Below are positions 1-10,311 of a stretch of DNA of 64,000 nucleotides, one piece after another. This DNA is from Patescibacteria group bacterium (GTDB lineage Bacteria; Patescibacteriota; Minisyncoccia; Phycocordibacterales; SBAW01), in the NCBI GenBank assembly GCA_016176685.1, contig JACOWS010000001.1, positions 11,577-75,576 of the forward strand, given 5' to 3'. The translations under genes and the position numbers were made by a program. Under the pieces are notes generated by a model. The model had not been told where the DNA came from, made no database searches, and saw nothing but the letters and a program-made list of their open reading frames with translations. Position 1 is the first letter of the stretch. Every line of letters starts with the position of its first letter.

Positions 1-279
1 GCTCCCCTACGCGTCATAGCCTTGGTAGGCCGTTACCATACCAACTAGCTGATGCGACACAGGCCGCTCAAAAAGCGCATTGCTGCTTTACTCCCTCGAT
101 TGCTCTCGGGAGACTATCGGAAATTACCCCGTCTTTCGACGAGCTATGCCCGACTTTTCGGTGCGTACCTGCGTGTTACTACCTCGTCTGCCGGTTGTCC
201 CTTACGGGACCCCCTTGACTTGCATGCCTTATCCACGCCGCCAGCGTTCACCCTGAGCTAGGATCAAACTCTGATTTAA
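1..279 (-). rRNA. rrs: 16S rRNA, 5' part (runs off the window start)
   Basis: Reverse complement of 241-272 reads AGAGTTTGATCCTAGCTCAGGGTGAACGCTGG (27F site); conserved 16S sequence continues to base 1. The 5' end is approximate. Confidence 0.97.
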
Positions 280-670
280 GAGCGAAGCGATTAAATCATC
301 GCTCCACAATTTAGCTCGATTAGAACGGAACAAGAGAAAAATAACTTCTCTCTTGCTTGCCCTCCATAGCTTTACGCGACGGAGGGTGTGCCTTCCCCCG
401 GAAAAGAGAAAGGACTTCTTTTGCTTGCTTGCCCTCCTGCTTGCGTGTGTATGCAAACAAAAGAGCTGCCCTTCGTCCTTCGTAAAACTCAGGACTTAAG
501 GTCTTCGATGTGATCTGCCTCTCTACCCGCGTATTTTGCGGATAAAGAAGTTTTTATTCGTCCCTACGTCGCTAAAGCTTCGAAGGGCACAGTGTTATCA
601 AAAAACAATGCCCGCCAGCGGCGGGTCTCTAGAACAAGAGAGTATCCACCACTAAGCAGTCATGAAGGCC

Positions 671-698
671 ATTATAGCCGCCCACAAAAGGAAGTCAA
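671..698 (-). promoter_or_regulatory. sigma70-type promoter for 16S rRNA
   Basis: TTGACT-16 nt-TATAAT on the minus strand, about 400 nt upstream of the 16S. Confidence 0.75.
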
Positions 699-726
699 GC
701 CCTTATTTTGCAAGCTTTTTTGGTCT

Positions 727-1281
727 CTATGGAGCTTGTTGGAGCGCCTTTTCTACCTGCACAAAAAGCTCTTCTGGCGTTCCATTGTTGATAAGTACAA
801 CCCCAGCCATAGCAATAACGGCTTTTAAGTTTTGTTTGTTTGGATCGTTCGATTCCATCTCGCGGTCCTCGTCTGCCTTAAATTTTTCAAAAGAAACGGC
901 GTCGGTCTCCGACGCCCTACCCACTATCCGTTTGTAGCGCGTGTTTATGTCGGCATCTACTGCCCAAAGCGTGGTGCTTTGCGATTTAAGATATTTTTCC
1001 TCGCCCACAGAGCGAATAGACTCGATGACGATATTATTTTTGGGATGAAGTTTTGCCTGCTTGAGGAGCTCCTCGACCAGATAATTGGGACCGTGCAGGG
1101 CGCGCAAATCGTTAGCAACCTGTGTCATAGTATCGCGGTTGACCGCCAGGCCGCGTTTGAGTATCTCCCCCGCAATGAAATTACGCACCGAAAGATACAT
1201 AAAATTATGTTTCTTTGCTAAGTACTGGGCCACCGTGCCTTTGCCCGCGCCGAGGGTTCCCGTAATGCCAATTATCATCAC
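727..1281 (-). CDS. P-loop nucleotide kinase (dephospho-CoA kinase/UPF0200-like)
   Basis: N-terminal Walker A GTLGAGKGT in an NMP-kinase-like layout, with IESIR motif. Confidence 0.75.
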   Translation of the reverse strand: MMIIGITGTLGAGKGTVAQYLAKKHNFMYLSVRNFIAGEILKRGLAVNRDTMTQVANDLRALHGPNYLVEELLKQAKLHPKNNIVIESIRSVGEEKYLKSQSTTLWAVDADINTRYKRIVGRASETDAVSFEKFKADEDREMESNDPNKQNLKAVIAMAGVVLINNGTPEELFVQVEKALQQAP

Positions 1282-1289
1282 CTTTTATT

Positions 1290-2807
1290 CTACATCACCC
1301 GGAAGTTTTTGAACTGCCAGGGATCGGCGGCAGTATCTTCGGGAAACAGCGGGTCTTTGCGGGCGCGCAGTGGCGTCCAGTTGGTGTACTTGCCGTGCAC
1401 AATTCCCAGGTACGGGGTGGCAAGGTCGAGTATGCGGCGGAAATCAAGGTCCTCCGGCTCGACAATGCCCCGCCTCGGGTTCTCTAGCGTCCAAATAACC
1501 CCCGCCAGTGCACCCGCGGCTACCTGCATCACTGTGGCATTTTGGTGCGGCACCAGCTCGCGTGCTTGAGCGATGGAAAGGTCCGACCCGTACCAGTACG
1601 AGCGCTTTTTGTGGCCCATCAAGAGCACCCCGAGCTCGTCGGCGCCGCGTTCAATCTCGTCCATGAGAATCCGCTTCTTTTTTGGCTGCCGCCAGTTGTT
1701 ACCCGCATATTCGCGGAGGGACAGTACGGCATCGTCGCACGGATGGTACGCGTACATCATCGTGGGGCGATAGACAGCATTCCCTTGTTCGTCAAAAACC
1801 GTGTAGTAGTCGGCGGTTGTTATAGACTCATCGTGGGTAATCAAAAAGCCGTGGTACGGGCCCTCGCGCGGCGTCCAAGAGCGTACTGGCGTGAGTGCAC
1901 CGGGGCGGTCAAGATAAATTGCCGCTTTACGTCCTATTGTGTGCTCGTGCGCATCTTGGGGCAACTCTTTTTCATGCGTACCCCAACCAAGCTCAACCGG
2001 CTGTGTTGCTTCGCTCAAAAAGCCGTCCACCGACCAGGTGTTTACAAACTCATCCGGCTGTTTAGAGACAGGGGTATCCTGCGTGTCACGCTCGGCAGTT
2101 TGTATCACGCGGACTTTCAATGCCTGCATGAGGTTAGCCCACCCTGTTCGGTCGGTGGGAGTTCCAATCGCCGCAGCGCCATTGCCTACACTAAGTGCAA
2201 TATCAAGAAGCGCTGCTTTTATAAAGTGGGAGATAATCCCAGGGTTAGCGCCATGGTTAACAATGGCAGTTGAACCGTCTTTATATTTTTCTTTAAGCTT
2301 TAAAAACTCTTCTCGCTGTGCATAGTTGGTGCGCTGCTCGGGCGTAAGCGACGCGTCGAGCGAGAACCCCGGCCAGCGCTCGGTCGAGGTATCGACATAG
2401 AGCACATTATTCTTCTGGCACCACACAATCAAGTCGTTGGATGAGACTTCAACCGAAAGGTTAAGGAGGAAATCGCCTGCAGAGAGCTGTTTTTTAAACA
2501 CCGAGACGTAGTTGTCCTGCGTGAGCGTCTCGATGACAAACTCTATCCCAAACTGCTCGGCCACCGCCTTGCCGCGATCTTCTGACGCAATGATCCGCAT
2601 GCGCTCCGGCACTATGTCCGTATGGCGCAAGAGCATGGGGAGTATGCACTGTCCTATCGAGCCGCACCCGAGTATCAAGAGCTTGCCGGGAAATGGCACT
2701 TTGGTGTAGAGCTCTTTCTCTCCGGAAAAACCGTTTGCCCCGTTGGTAGCAACAGTAACCCCGGTTGCCAGGGTGTCAGTTTTGCCGTTTTGTTTTTTCT
2801 CCTCCAT
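1290..2807 (-). CDS. hss: homospermidine synthase
   Basis: Rossmann GCGSIG, HGANPG, NTWSVDGFLSE...ELGWGTHE, YRPT..YAYHPC and QNAT..QV motifs; start set at MEEKK. Confidence 0.9.
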   Translation of the reverse strand: MEEKKQNGKTDTLATGVTVATNGANGFSGEKELYTKVPFPGKLLILGCGSIGQCILPMLLRHTDIVPERMRIIASEDRGKAVAEQFGIEFVIETLTQDNYVSVFKKQLSAGDFLLNLSVEVSSNDLIVWCQKNNVLYVDTSTERWPGFSLDASLTPEQRTNYAQREEFLKLKEKYKDGSTAIVNHGANPGIISHFIKAALLDIALSVGNGAAAIGTPTDRTGWANLMQALKVRVIQTAERDTQDTPVSKQPDEFVNTWSVDGFLSEATQPVELGWGTHEKELPQDAHEHTIGRKAAIYLDRPGALTPVRSWTPREGPYHGFLITHDESITTADYYTVFDEQGNAVYRPTMMYAYHPCDDAVLSLREYAGNNWRQPKKKRILMDEIERGADELGVLLMGHKKRSYWYGSDLSIAQARELVPHQNATVMQVAAGALAGVIWTLENPRRGIVEPEDLDFRRILDLATPYLGIVHGKYTNWTPLRARKDPLFPEDTAADPWQFKNFRVM

Positions 2808-2911
2808 TTCAGAAATTTTTCCGTAACACTGTGTATTGTGCTCCTTACTATACAAAAAATAAAGCAAATACTCACCCGAAGTGGGTATAACGATATCGGG
2901 ACAAAAATAAT

Positions 2912-3808
2912 TTACTTCCTCCTAAACTTTTCCCACACCACCAGCAAGGGGCTTGCAAGAAATATCGAGGAGTAGGTGCCGGCCACCATACCCACAATGA
3001 GGGTGAGCGCGAATGCGCGAGTGGAGTCGGGACCAAGGAAGTACAGCGCGAGCAATACAATGATGACGGTAAGAGAGGTATTGATTGAGCGGGCTATGGT
3101 CTGGGTAATGCTCCTGCCGACCACCTCGTCAAACTCCTCACGCTTGTGCTGTTCTGCATTGAGCGCAAGATTTTCGCGGATACGGTCAAAAATAACGATG
3201 GTGTCGTTGATAGAAATACCAAGTATGGTAAGCAGGGCTACGATAAACAGTGCGTCTACCTCGGCTCCAACAAAGTGTCCGAGCAGGGCAAACAGGCCGG
3301 TTGGAATAAGGATGTCATGCATGAGCGTTATGATTGCTACCACGCCATACTTCCACGAGGATATAGGTTTGGACACTCGGCGGAAGGCAAATGCGATAAA
3401 AAGTACGGTTGAGAGCGTGACGAGCGCAATGGCTATCCATGCCTTTTGTAAAAGCTCCGCTCCGATTATTGGCCCCACCGAGTTGTACTGGTCTTCATGC
3501 ATGGTGCCCAACGTCCCGAGTGCCTTCTCGAGGGATATTTTTTCATCATTGGTTAAGTCGCGCTGGCGAAGGAGGAACCCCGCTTCGCCCGTTGGTTGCA
3601 CCCGCACCTCGCCAAACCCAAGAGTGGAAACAGTTGCCCGCAGCGTTTCAACCGTCGGGCGCTCCCCACTGTAAGACACTTGCAGGAGCGAGCCGCCGGC
3701 AAGGTCAATGCCGGGCTTGAGCCCCCACGCCCCCAGTGCCGCAAGCGAGAGAACAATGGCCATCACCGGGAGGATAAAGAAGTATTTGATATTTTTGCTG
3801 ATATTCAT
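2912..3808 (-). CDS. secF: protein translocase subunit SecF
   Basis: GIDLAGG, VGP.IGAEL, SINDTIVIFDRIRE, GTYSSIFLASP. Confidence 0.96.
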   Translation of the reverse strand: MNISKNIKYFFILPVMAIVLSLAALGAWGLKPGIDLAGGSLLQVSYSGERPTVETLRATVSTLGFGEVRVQPTGEAGFLLRQRDLTNDEKISLEKALGTLGTMHEDQYNSVGPIIGAELLQKAWIAIALVTLSTVLFIAFAFRRVSKPISSWKYGVVAIITLMHDILIPTGLFALLGHFVGAEVDALFIVALLTILGISINDTIVIFDRIRENLALNAEQHKREEFDEVVGRSITQTIARSINTSLTVIIVLLALYFLGPDSTRAFALTLIVGMVAGTYSSIFLASPLLVVWEKFRRK

Positions 3809-3834
3809 GGTTCAATAGGATTCACCACAAGTAA

Positions 3835-5169
3835 TTATCTTAGCCCGCTATGCATAAAGAAACGGCCGAGCGGTGACTCTGTTTTGATGCCGAGCGCCAG
3901 TAAGAACGTGCGCGAGATAGTGATTGCGGAGAGCATCGAGACAAATACCCCCAACCCAAAAACCAGCGCAAAGCCCTTAATGAGCGAGGTGCCAAACCAA
4001 AACAGAATGACTGCCGCGATAATGTGCGTAATATTGGTGTCTCGTATCGCCAGCCATGCCCGCTTGAACCCTTCTCGTATTGCGTGCTCGGCCTTTGCTC
4101 CTGCGGCAAATTCCTCCTTCATCCGCTCGGCAATAAGGATGTTGGCATCAACTGCAAGGCCGACCGATAGGATAAACCCGGCGATACCCGCGGCGGTCAA
4201 AACTACCGGTATGAACTTAAACAAAACCAGCATAATCAAAATGTAAATAATGAGCGACGCAACTGCCACCACCCCCGGCAATCGATACCAAAGTATCAAA
4301 AAAAGCGCGAGCACAAAAAAGCCGATGGCCCCTGCGGTAACGCCGGCATTGAGCGCTTCGTCGCCGAGGGTGGCGCCTATAGTTTGCGTCGAGGATAGCG
4401 TGATAGGTACCGGAAGAGCGCCTAAGTTTAGATTGCGAACCAACTCCCTTGCCGACTCGGCCGAAAAGTTGCCAGAGATGATGGCGGTGCCGTTTGTAAT
4501 GTGGTCCTGTATCACCGGTGCAGAAATGAGCGCGCCGTCTAAGAATATAGCGAGCTGTTTGCCAACATTGACATCAGTAATATCGGCAAATAGCTTGGTG
4601 CCTTCTGCATTAAAATCAACGCGCACCGTTGGTTGATTGAGTGCGTACTGGTTGTTTCCAAACTCGAGCGCTGCGCGCGAAAGGAGCGCACCAGTGAGCC
4701 CGGTGTCGGCAAACGCTTCAGGGTTCGCTTGCGGTGAGTCTGTTGAACCAGGCTGCGTCGGCAACGTGAGATTATCTTCAAACCCGTCTTTAACCAGTTT
4801 AAAATCCAAGGTCGGAGTCTCTCCTATCATTTTGACCGCCTGATCTACATCGGTCACGCCTGGGAGTTCTACAATAAGCCGGTGCTCGCCCTGGCCAAAA
4901 GCGCCGCCCTGCTGTGTTTGCACCAATGGTTCACCAACGCCGAATGCGTTGACGCGTCGCTCGATAACCGCCTGCAATGCAGAAAGAGATTCGGCGACTT
5001 CGGCAGAATCTATTGTGCTTGTGTCGGCGCTGTACACCAAATGGGTGCCGCCGGAGAGGTCGAGTCCCAATTTAAACGCCCAATTTCCTGTTTGTGTCTT
5101 GTATGCAAAAAACCCCAACAACCCTGCGGTTAAGAGGATAGCAACCGCCCCGTAGCGAAGCCAAAACAT
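3835..5169 (-). CDS. secD: protein translocase subunit SecD
   Basis: LGLDLSGG, RRVNAFGVGEP, GALPVP, AVDANILIAER; start set at MFWLR. Confidence 0.96.
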   Translation of the reverse strand: MFWLRYGAVAILLTAGLLGFFAYKTQTGNWAFKLGLDLSGGTHLVYSADTSTIDSAEVAESLSALQAVIERRVNAFGVGEPLVQTQQGGAFGQGEHRLIVELPGVTDVDQAVKMIGETPTLDFKLVKDGFEDNLTLPTQPGSTDSPQANPEAFADTGLTGALLSRAALEFGNNQYALNQPTVRVDFNAEGTKLFADITDVNVGKQLAIFLDGALISAPVIQDHITNGTAIISGNFSAESARELVRNLNLGALPVPITLSSTQTIGATLGDEALNAGVTAGAIGFFVLALFLILWYRLPGVVAVASLIIYILIMLVLFKFIPVVLTAAGIAGFILSVGLAVDANILIAERMKEEFAAGAKAEHAIREGFKRAWLAIRDTNITHIIAAVILFWFGTSLIKGFALVFGLGVFVSMLSAITISRTFLLALGIKTESPLGRFFMHSGLR

Positions 5170-5182
5170 GGGTTGCAGAGTA

Positions 5183-5980
5183 TCAAATAGTAGGCCCTTG
5201 GGCAAGGGCAAACAGGTTTTTGAAAAGCATAGCGACGGTAATAGGTCCCACGCCGCCGGGGACAGGGGTAAACACCGATGCCACATTGGCGCACGCGGGG
5301 TCGGCGTCGCCTGCCAACTTCCCCACAGCTTCCGAAGTACCTGCATCTATAAGCACAGTTCCCTGTTTGATCATATCGGGTGTAATCAGCCCCGGCTCGC
5401 CAGCTCCCAACACTACAATATCGGCATTTTTGAGTAATATCAGACGTCCGTCATGTTTTGTGACTACCTCCACGTCGGCACCAAGGTCGCGAAGAAGAAC
5501 AGCCGCAGGCGCCCCTACAAGCTTTCCAGCACCCACTACCACAGCTCTCGTATCTGCGTGAAGTTTAGCTTCATTCAGAAGATTTGCGTGTTGTAATATT
5601 TTTAACACCGCTCCTGCAACTGGTGGGAGAACAATAGCATTTTGCCCTAAACCATCGACATCTCTCTCCGGCTGGAGTGCCGCCACCATCTCATCCGCAT
5701 TAGGAATAGGCATCTGGATAATGACACCCGCCGTTGCCTTTGAAAGCCGCAGAACGGCATGTATGGCATCTGTCGTGGAGGAATCCTTGGCAAGCACCTC
5801 ACGCGACACATCTACGCGCAGTCGTTTTGCCGTGCGCTCTTTGATACGCACGAAGGAGTCGCTGGCGGCGTCTCCTGCACCCATCACAACACCTAGCCGC
5901 AATACCAGCGGCAAACTCGCCCGCTCTTTTTCGAGCTCCTGTAATATCTCCTCCGCTATTTTCTTGCCGTCCACAATCAT
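5183..5980 (-). CDS. folD: methylenetetrahydrofolate dehydrogenase/cyclohydrolase
   Basis: IVDGKKIA, DVDG, TPVPGGVGP.TVAML motifs. Confidence 0.93.
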   Translation of the reverse strand: MIVDGKKIAEEILQELEKERASLPLVLRLGVVMGAGDAASDSFVRIKERTAKRLRVDVSREVLAKDSSTTDAIHAVLRLSKATAGVIIQMPIPNADEMVAALQPERDVDGLGQNAIVLPPVAGAVLKILQHANLLNEAKLHADTRAVVVGAGKLVGAPAAVLLRDLGADVEVVTKHDGRLILLKNADIVVLGAGEPGLITPDMIKQGTVLIDAGTSEAVGKLAGDADPACANVASVFTPVPGGVGPITVAMLFKNLFALAQGPTI

Positions 5981-7326
5981 GCATTACTTTTTATGAGCAG
6001 GCGGCGGATGGTTTTAAAAGTGATAAGTATATCAAGAACCAAAGAGCGATGTTTGAGATAGTACAGGTCGTAAGAAAGCTTCATTTTGGTCGCTTCAACA
6101 TCTGCGGCATGATGCGGGTCACCATGGTAGTACAACTGTGCCCAGCCAAAGAGCCCGGGTTTAATTAAGTTTCGCACACCATAGTATGGAATTTGCTTTT
6201 CATACTGCTCGACCAGCGAGGGCAACTCAAGCCGAGGACCTACCAGAGAAAGTTTTCCTTTCACCACATCCCAAAACTGCGGTAGCTCATCAAGTCGGCT
6301 CGCGCGCAAAAAGCGTCCAACCCGAGTGACCGTAAGGACAGTAGACCCGCCTGGCCCGTACTTGCCATGGTCGTTCCCCGACATGGTGCGGAACTTATGT
6401 ATCCGCACCGGCTCATTGTCTTGGCCAACGCGGTCTTGTGTAATAAAGGCAGGGCCTCCGTCATCGAGCTTGATAGCAAGTATAATAAATGGATAAAACA
6501 AAAGGGAAACAGAGCTGCCGACTAGCCCGCCTACAATGTCCATACCGCGCTTCACCGGGTCGTACAGTGTGTGCATGTAGCGCGACACATTGCGCGCCAG
6601 CCACTGCTCGTCTATCTGGCTAAGCGGCACGCGGCCGTAGATTTCTTCATAGAGCGTCAGTGCGTCGACGAAACGTACCCCCCGTGAGATGAAGTTATAG
6701 AGCTCGGGGAAGACCCTGGAGACACGGCTGTCGTCGAGGTCGGCAATGACAAAACGCACCCCTTGCCCATCTATAGCCCTTGTTACTAACGCGGCGACAG
6801 AGGGGTCGCTTGGTTTTATGGTTGCAACGACACGCGTTGGTGCGCGCGGGGCGTTGTTGAGGGCTACCAAGAGCTCGTTGACCTCTCTACCTTCTCCCAC
6901 CACTATCGCATTTTCTATTTTTTGTATCCCAAGCCATGGGAAAATAAATACCCGCCATACCAGGACAAACAAGAAAGAGGTGACGAGATAGATAAATAGG
7001 ATGGTCTTTGGCGCAATACCAAACAACGGTATAAAAAAGAAGAAGAGTGCCGCAATGGTAACGTTGATGGTCTGCCCTACCAAAAGCGTTACCGATAGTG
7101 CCCGTCTCGCAAAGATAATAGAGCGACTTTCGTACAGGCCTGCGACTATAAACACGCCGATCCACAGTAAAAAAAGAAAAGAGAAGGCAGACAAGTGAGA
7201 GGTAAACAGTTCCCACGAAGGCGCACTAAAGGTACGAAAAAAAAGGGATGCCCACAGTGCAAAAACAAAAGCGCACACGTCGCCCACAAACAAAACAAGC
7301 GGCCGAGCGCGAAAAGCGGTGGTCAT
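5977..7326 (-). CDS. polyprenyl glycosylphosphotransferase (WbaP/WcaJ-like sugar transferase)
   Basis: N-terminal TM helices; C-terminal KFRTM, LDELPQ, SLVGPR, KPGL.GWAQ, DLYY. Confidence 0.92.
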   Translation of the reverse strand: MTTAFRARPLVLFVGDVCAFVFALWASLFFRTFSAPSWELFTSHLSAFSFLFLLWIGVFIVAGLYESRSIIFARRALSVTLLVGQTINVTIAALFFFFIPLFGIAPKTILFIYLVTSFLFVLVWRVFIFPWLGIQKIENAIVVGEGREVNELLVALNNAPRAPTRVVATIKPSDPSVAALVTRAIDGQGVRFVIADLDDSRVSRVFPELYNFISRGVRFVDALTLYEEIYGRVPLSQIDEQWLARNVSRYMHTLYDPVKRGMDIVGGLVGSSVSLLFYPFIILAIKLDDGGPAFITQDRVGQDNEPVRIHKFRTMSGNDHGKYGPGGSTVLTVTRVGRFLRASRLDELPQFWDVVKGKLSLVGPRLELPSLVEQYEKQIPYYGVRNLIKPGLFGWAQLYYHGDPHHAADVEATKMKLSYDLYYLKHRSLVLDILITFKTIRRLLIKSNA

Positions 7327-7373
7327 ATACAGATTGATATATAATACAACAAATAGTAAAATTCTCAAGTTAC

Positions 7374-8363
7374 ATGCCGGCTACTCGCAAAAAAATACTC
7401 TACGTCATAACGAAGTCCAACTGGGGCGGCGCCCAGCGCTATGTCTTTGACCTGGCCACCCGCCTGCCCAAGGACCAATTCGACACGACCGTGGCATTGG
7501 GCGGTACCGGGCTATTGGCTCAAAAGTTACAAGAAGCCGGCACTATGATATATCATAATGCGTTTCTCGGCCGGGACATCTCCTTCGGCAAGGATCTAAA
7601 AAGTTTTTTTGAGTTGTGGAGACTGTTTAAAAAAGAAAAGCCTGACATAGTACACCTCAATTCTTCCAAGGCGGGAGGAATAGGTGCCTTGGCAGCACGG
7701 TTTGCCCAGGTGCCAAAAATTATTTTTACTGCGCATGGCTGGCCCTTTTTGGAAAAGAGAAACTTGTTTGCACGATCGAGTATATGGATTTTTTCCTGGA
7801 TTACAGCCATTCTTTCCCACACTACTATTGTGGTGTCCGACCACGACCTGCAGGTAGCGCAAAAAATGCCATTCATTGCAAAAAAAGTAACCCGTATTTA
7901 TAACGGTATTGATTTTGATTTTCCTCTCGGCTCGGCAGACATCGTTCGCCATTCTTTCCCAAAAGGAGTCCATATTACCGGCACAGTCGGAGAGTTAACA
8001 AGAAACAAAAATCAGATTGCGCTTATCGAGCAGGCAAAAAATGACCCCAAAATGTATGTAGCCATCGTTGGTGACGGTGAAGAACGTCTGAATTTGATTA
8101 AAAAAATAGAAGAATATGGGCTCAGGAGCCGAGTAAAGGTAATGGGATTTCAGTGGGCAAGCGGGGTATTACGCGGATTTGACACTTTTGCCCTACCTTC
8201 CCTCAAGGAAGGTCTTCCGTATGTGCTCATAGAAGCAAGGGCTTCCGGACTACCGATTATTGCAAACCGTGTAGGCGGCGTTGGCGAAATACTGGATAAA
8301 GACTTGAAAGAATTTTCTATAGAACAGATGCTCAAAAAAACCTTTGCGGTGTACTGTGCTTAG
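7374..8363 (+). CDS. glycosyltransferase family 4 (GT-B)
   Basis: GGAQRY, HLNSSKAG, PSLKEGLPYVLIEA motifs. Confidence 0.92.
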   Translation: MPATRKKILYVITKSNWGGAQRYVFDLATRLPKDQFDTTVALGGTGLLAQKLQEAGTMIYHNAFLGRDISFGKDLKSFFELWRLFKKEKPDIVHLNSSKAGGIGALAARFAQVPKIIFTAHGWPFLEKRNLFARSSIWIFSWITAILSHTTIVVSDHDLQVAQKMPFIAKKVTRIYNGIDFDFPLGSADIVRHSFPKGVHITGTVGELTRNKNQIALIEQAKNDPKMYVAIVGDGEERLNLIKKIEEYGLRSRVKVMGFQWASGVLRGFDTFALPSLKEGLPYVLIEARASGLPIIANRVGGVGEILDKDLKEFSIEQMLKKTFAVYCA

Positions 8364-9502
8364 CTACCGTAACCGCTAAACTCTTTCTCATACGCTTCGC
8401 GGTGGGCCGCGTGCGAGTACCGCCGCATACCGGAAAGCATACCAAGCGCCAAAAACTCTGCCACGATGTGCGACCCACCGTAGCTCATAAAAGGTATGGT
8501 GGTGCCGGTCACCGGCAAGAGTCCAATGTTGATACCAACATGCAGTCCAAAATGCGCCAATAGATAGAACAGCACTCCAAGAGCAAACAAAGTCTCAAAG
8601 TTAGTGGCTCCTAGACCCGCCATGGCAATGATTCTGAAAAATAACAGACCATACAGAACAAACAAAAGACCAACGCCTATGAGCCCCCACTCTTCGGCAA
8701 ATGCCGCAAAAATAAAGTCGGTCTGATACTCGGGCAGGAAGCGCAGTTTGCTTTGTGTGCCGTAGGCGATACCTTTGCCGAGTAGTTGCCCCGAACCTAC
8801 CGCGACAGTCGACTGGTAGGCATTGTATCCGGCACCCTGGAGGTCTGTCATGGGATTTAAGAATGTGAGTATGCGCGTACGCTGGTACTCTTGAAAACCA
8901 AAAAACCACAAACCACCAAGTACTGCTAAGCCAAGCAAAAATATCGTGGCGAGATGCACACGTGATATGCCAGACACCAGCACCATCCCCAACCAAATGA
9001 GAAATACGATAATCGCTGAACCAAAATCGGGCTGTAGTGCGACGAGTGCAAACACTACCAGCGCATACCCTCCAGAGAAAATGATGTGTCGTATGTTGCG
9101 TATTTCGATGTGCCGCCGGGAAAAGTATTTAGCCAGCACTATAATAAGTGCAATTTTGACAAACTCGATGGGCTGAAAGGCAAACGGCCCGATATCGAAC
9201 CAGCTTTTGGCACCCTGAGTTGCATTCCCAACGACCACAAGAAGCACCAGCGGCACGAGTAGTACGGCGTATATTCCTCCCGCAACTCCGCTACGCCGCA
9301 AGAAACGCCAGTCTATGAAGGCGGTAATAAAAAAAACTGTCACCCCAAGCCCTACCCATGCCATTTGTTTAGCCACTAGTGGATCGACTCCTTGAAAAGA
9401 GTTCATGGTTAGGAGTCCCAGCCCGCACAGCGCAATGGCAGCGGAAAACGAGACCCAGTCGACGGCACTTTTTTTAAGCCCTACAAAAGGAATAGAGGCC
9501 AT
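8360..9502 (-). CDS. rodA: SEDS peptidoglycan polymerase RodA
   Basis: GAKSW, QP.EFVK, QPDFGS, LPEYQTDFIF..FAEEWG, PFMSYGGS. Confidence 0.92.
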   Translation of the reverse strand: MASIPFVGLKKSAVDWVSFSAAIALCGLGLLTMNSFQGVDPLVAKQMAWVGLGVTVFFITAFIDWRFLRRSGVAGGIYAVLLVPLVLLVVVGNATQGAKSWFDIGPFAFQPIEFVKIALIIVLAKYFSRRHIEIRNIRHIIFSGGYALVVFALVALQPDFGSAIIVFLIWLGMVLVSGISRVHLATIFLLGLAVLGGLWFFGFQEYQRTRILTFLNPMTDLQGAGYNAYQSTVAVGSGQLLGKGIAYGTQSKLRFLPEYQTDFIFAAFAEEWGLIGVGLLFVLYGLLFFRIIAMAGLGATNFETLFALGVLFYLLAHFGLHVGINIGLLPVTGTTIPFMSYGGSHIVAEFLALGMLSGMRRYSHAAHREAYEKEFSGYGS

Positions 9503-10258
9503 TTAAAAAGAAGGGAGTATGGTTATCTCCGCCCGCACAATGTCTGAAATGCCGCCCGACCACGTGAGCACTATTGGTTGTGATGATTTGCGTGGTATAC
9601 GGTTAATGGTGCTTTTCGACGCAGCGCGGGCAGTGCCATATTGGTCAAAAAGGACTCCGACCACCGTTACCCGAGGAGAGTCCTTGAGTGTATCGTTCAC
9701 TAGTGTGGCCGAGAGGCGCGAGCCGTCTCTACTTAGCAGTTGGTCGGCCACATGTACCGGCACCACCGCGTCTGCCAACACCCTGCTCCATGAAGCGACG
9801 GTAGAGAAAGAAAATTGAGTACGAGCAACCACACGATTGCCGACATCGATGTTTGGCTCGACCACCGCGATGGTGCGCACCGGCGGCAGGTCTATGACAC
9901 CGGTTTTTTCCACAATCAAAAGATTTTTGTCGTCAAAAAGTTGGAATGAGTAGGAGACCGCGCGTGCACCCGCGCCCGGATTTTGATTTTGCACGTATGC
10001 GGCCGCCGTGTAGGCGCGTTGGCCCACCTTAAACGCGCGCGACCACAACACCACCGGCGCGTGCACAGTGTCTTGGCACAAAAGCGCACACGGCCCCCCG
10101 CAGTCAGCCCCCGTCTCTCCGCCATTTTGTCTTTTATCAAAACACGTAGCTTCGGTCGAAAAGAGCGCTTGCCAGGCGATTATGCTTAGAAATACCGCGG
10201 CCACAGCCGCCACGGCGTAGTACAAAATCTGCCGGCGCACACTCCATTTCAGTGCCAT
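9503..10258 (-). CDS. membrane-anchored hypothetical protein with CFD..QN..E.G.DCGGPC module
   Basis: N-terminal TM helix, Cys motif, beta-rich C-terminus; abuts rodA. Confidence 0.75.
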   Translation of the reverse strand: MALKWSVRRQILYYAVAAVAAVFLSIIAWQALFSTEATCFDKRQNGGETGADCGGPCALLCQDTVHAPVVLWSRAFKVGQRAYTAAAYVQNQNPGAGARAVSYSFQLFDDKNLLIVEKTGVIDLPPVRTIAVVEPNIDVGNRVVARTQFSFSTVASWSRVLADAVVPVHVADQLLSRDGSRLSATLVNDTLKDSPRVTVVGVLFDQYGTARAASKSTINRIPRKSSQPIVLTWSGGISDIVRAEITILPSF

Positions 10259-10311
10259 ACCCTATATAGTAGCAAAGCAAAAGGGTTTTTGCGCAGCTTT
10301 TTAGACCCTCT

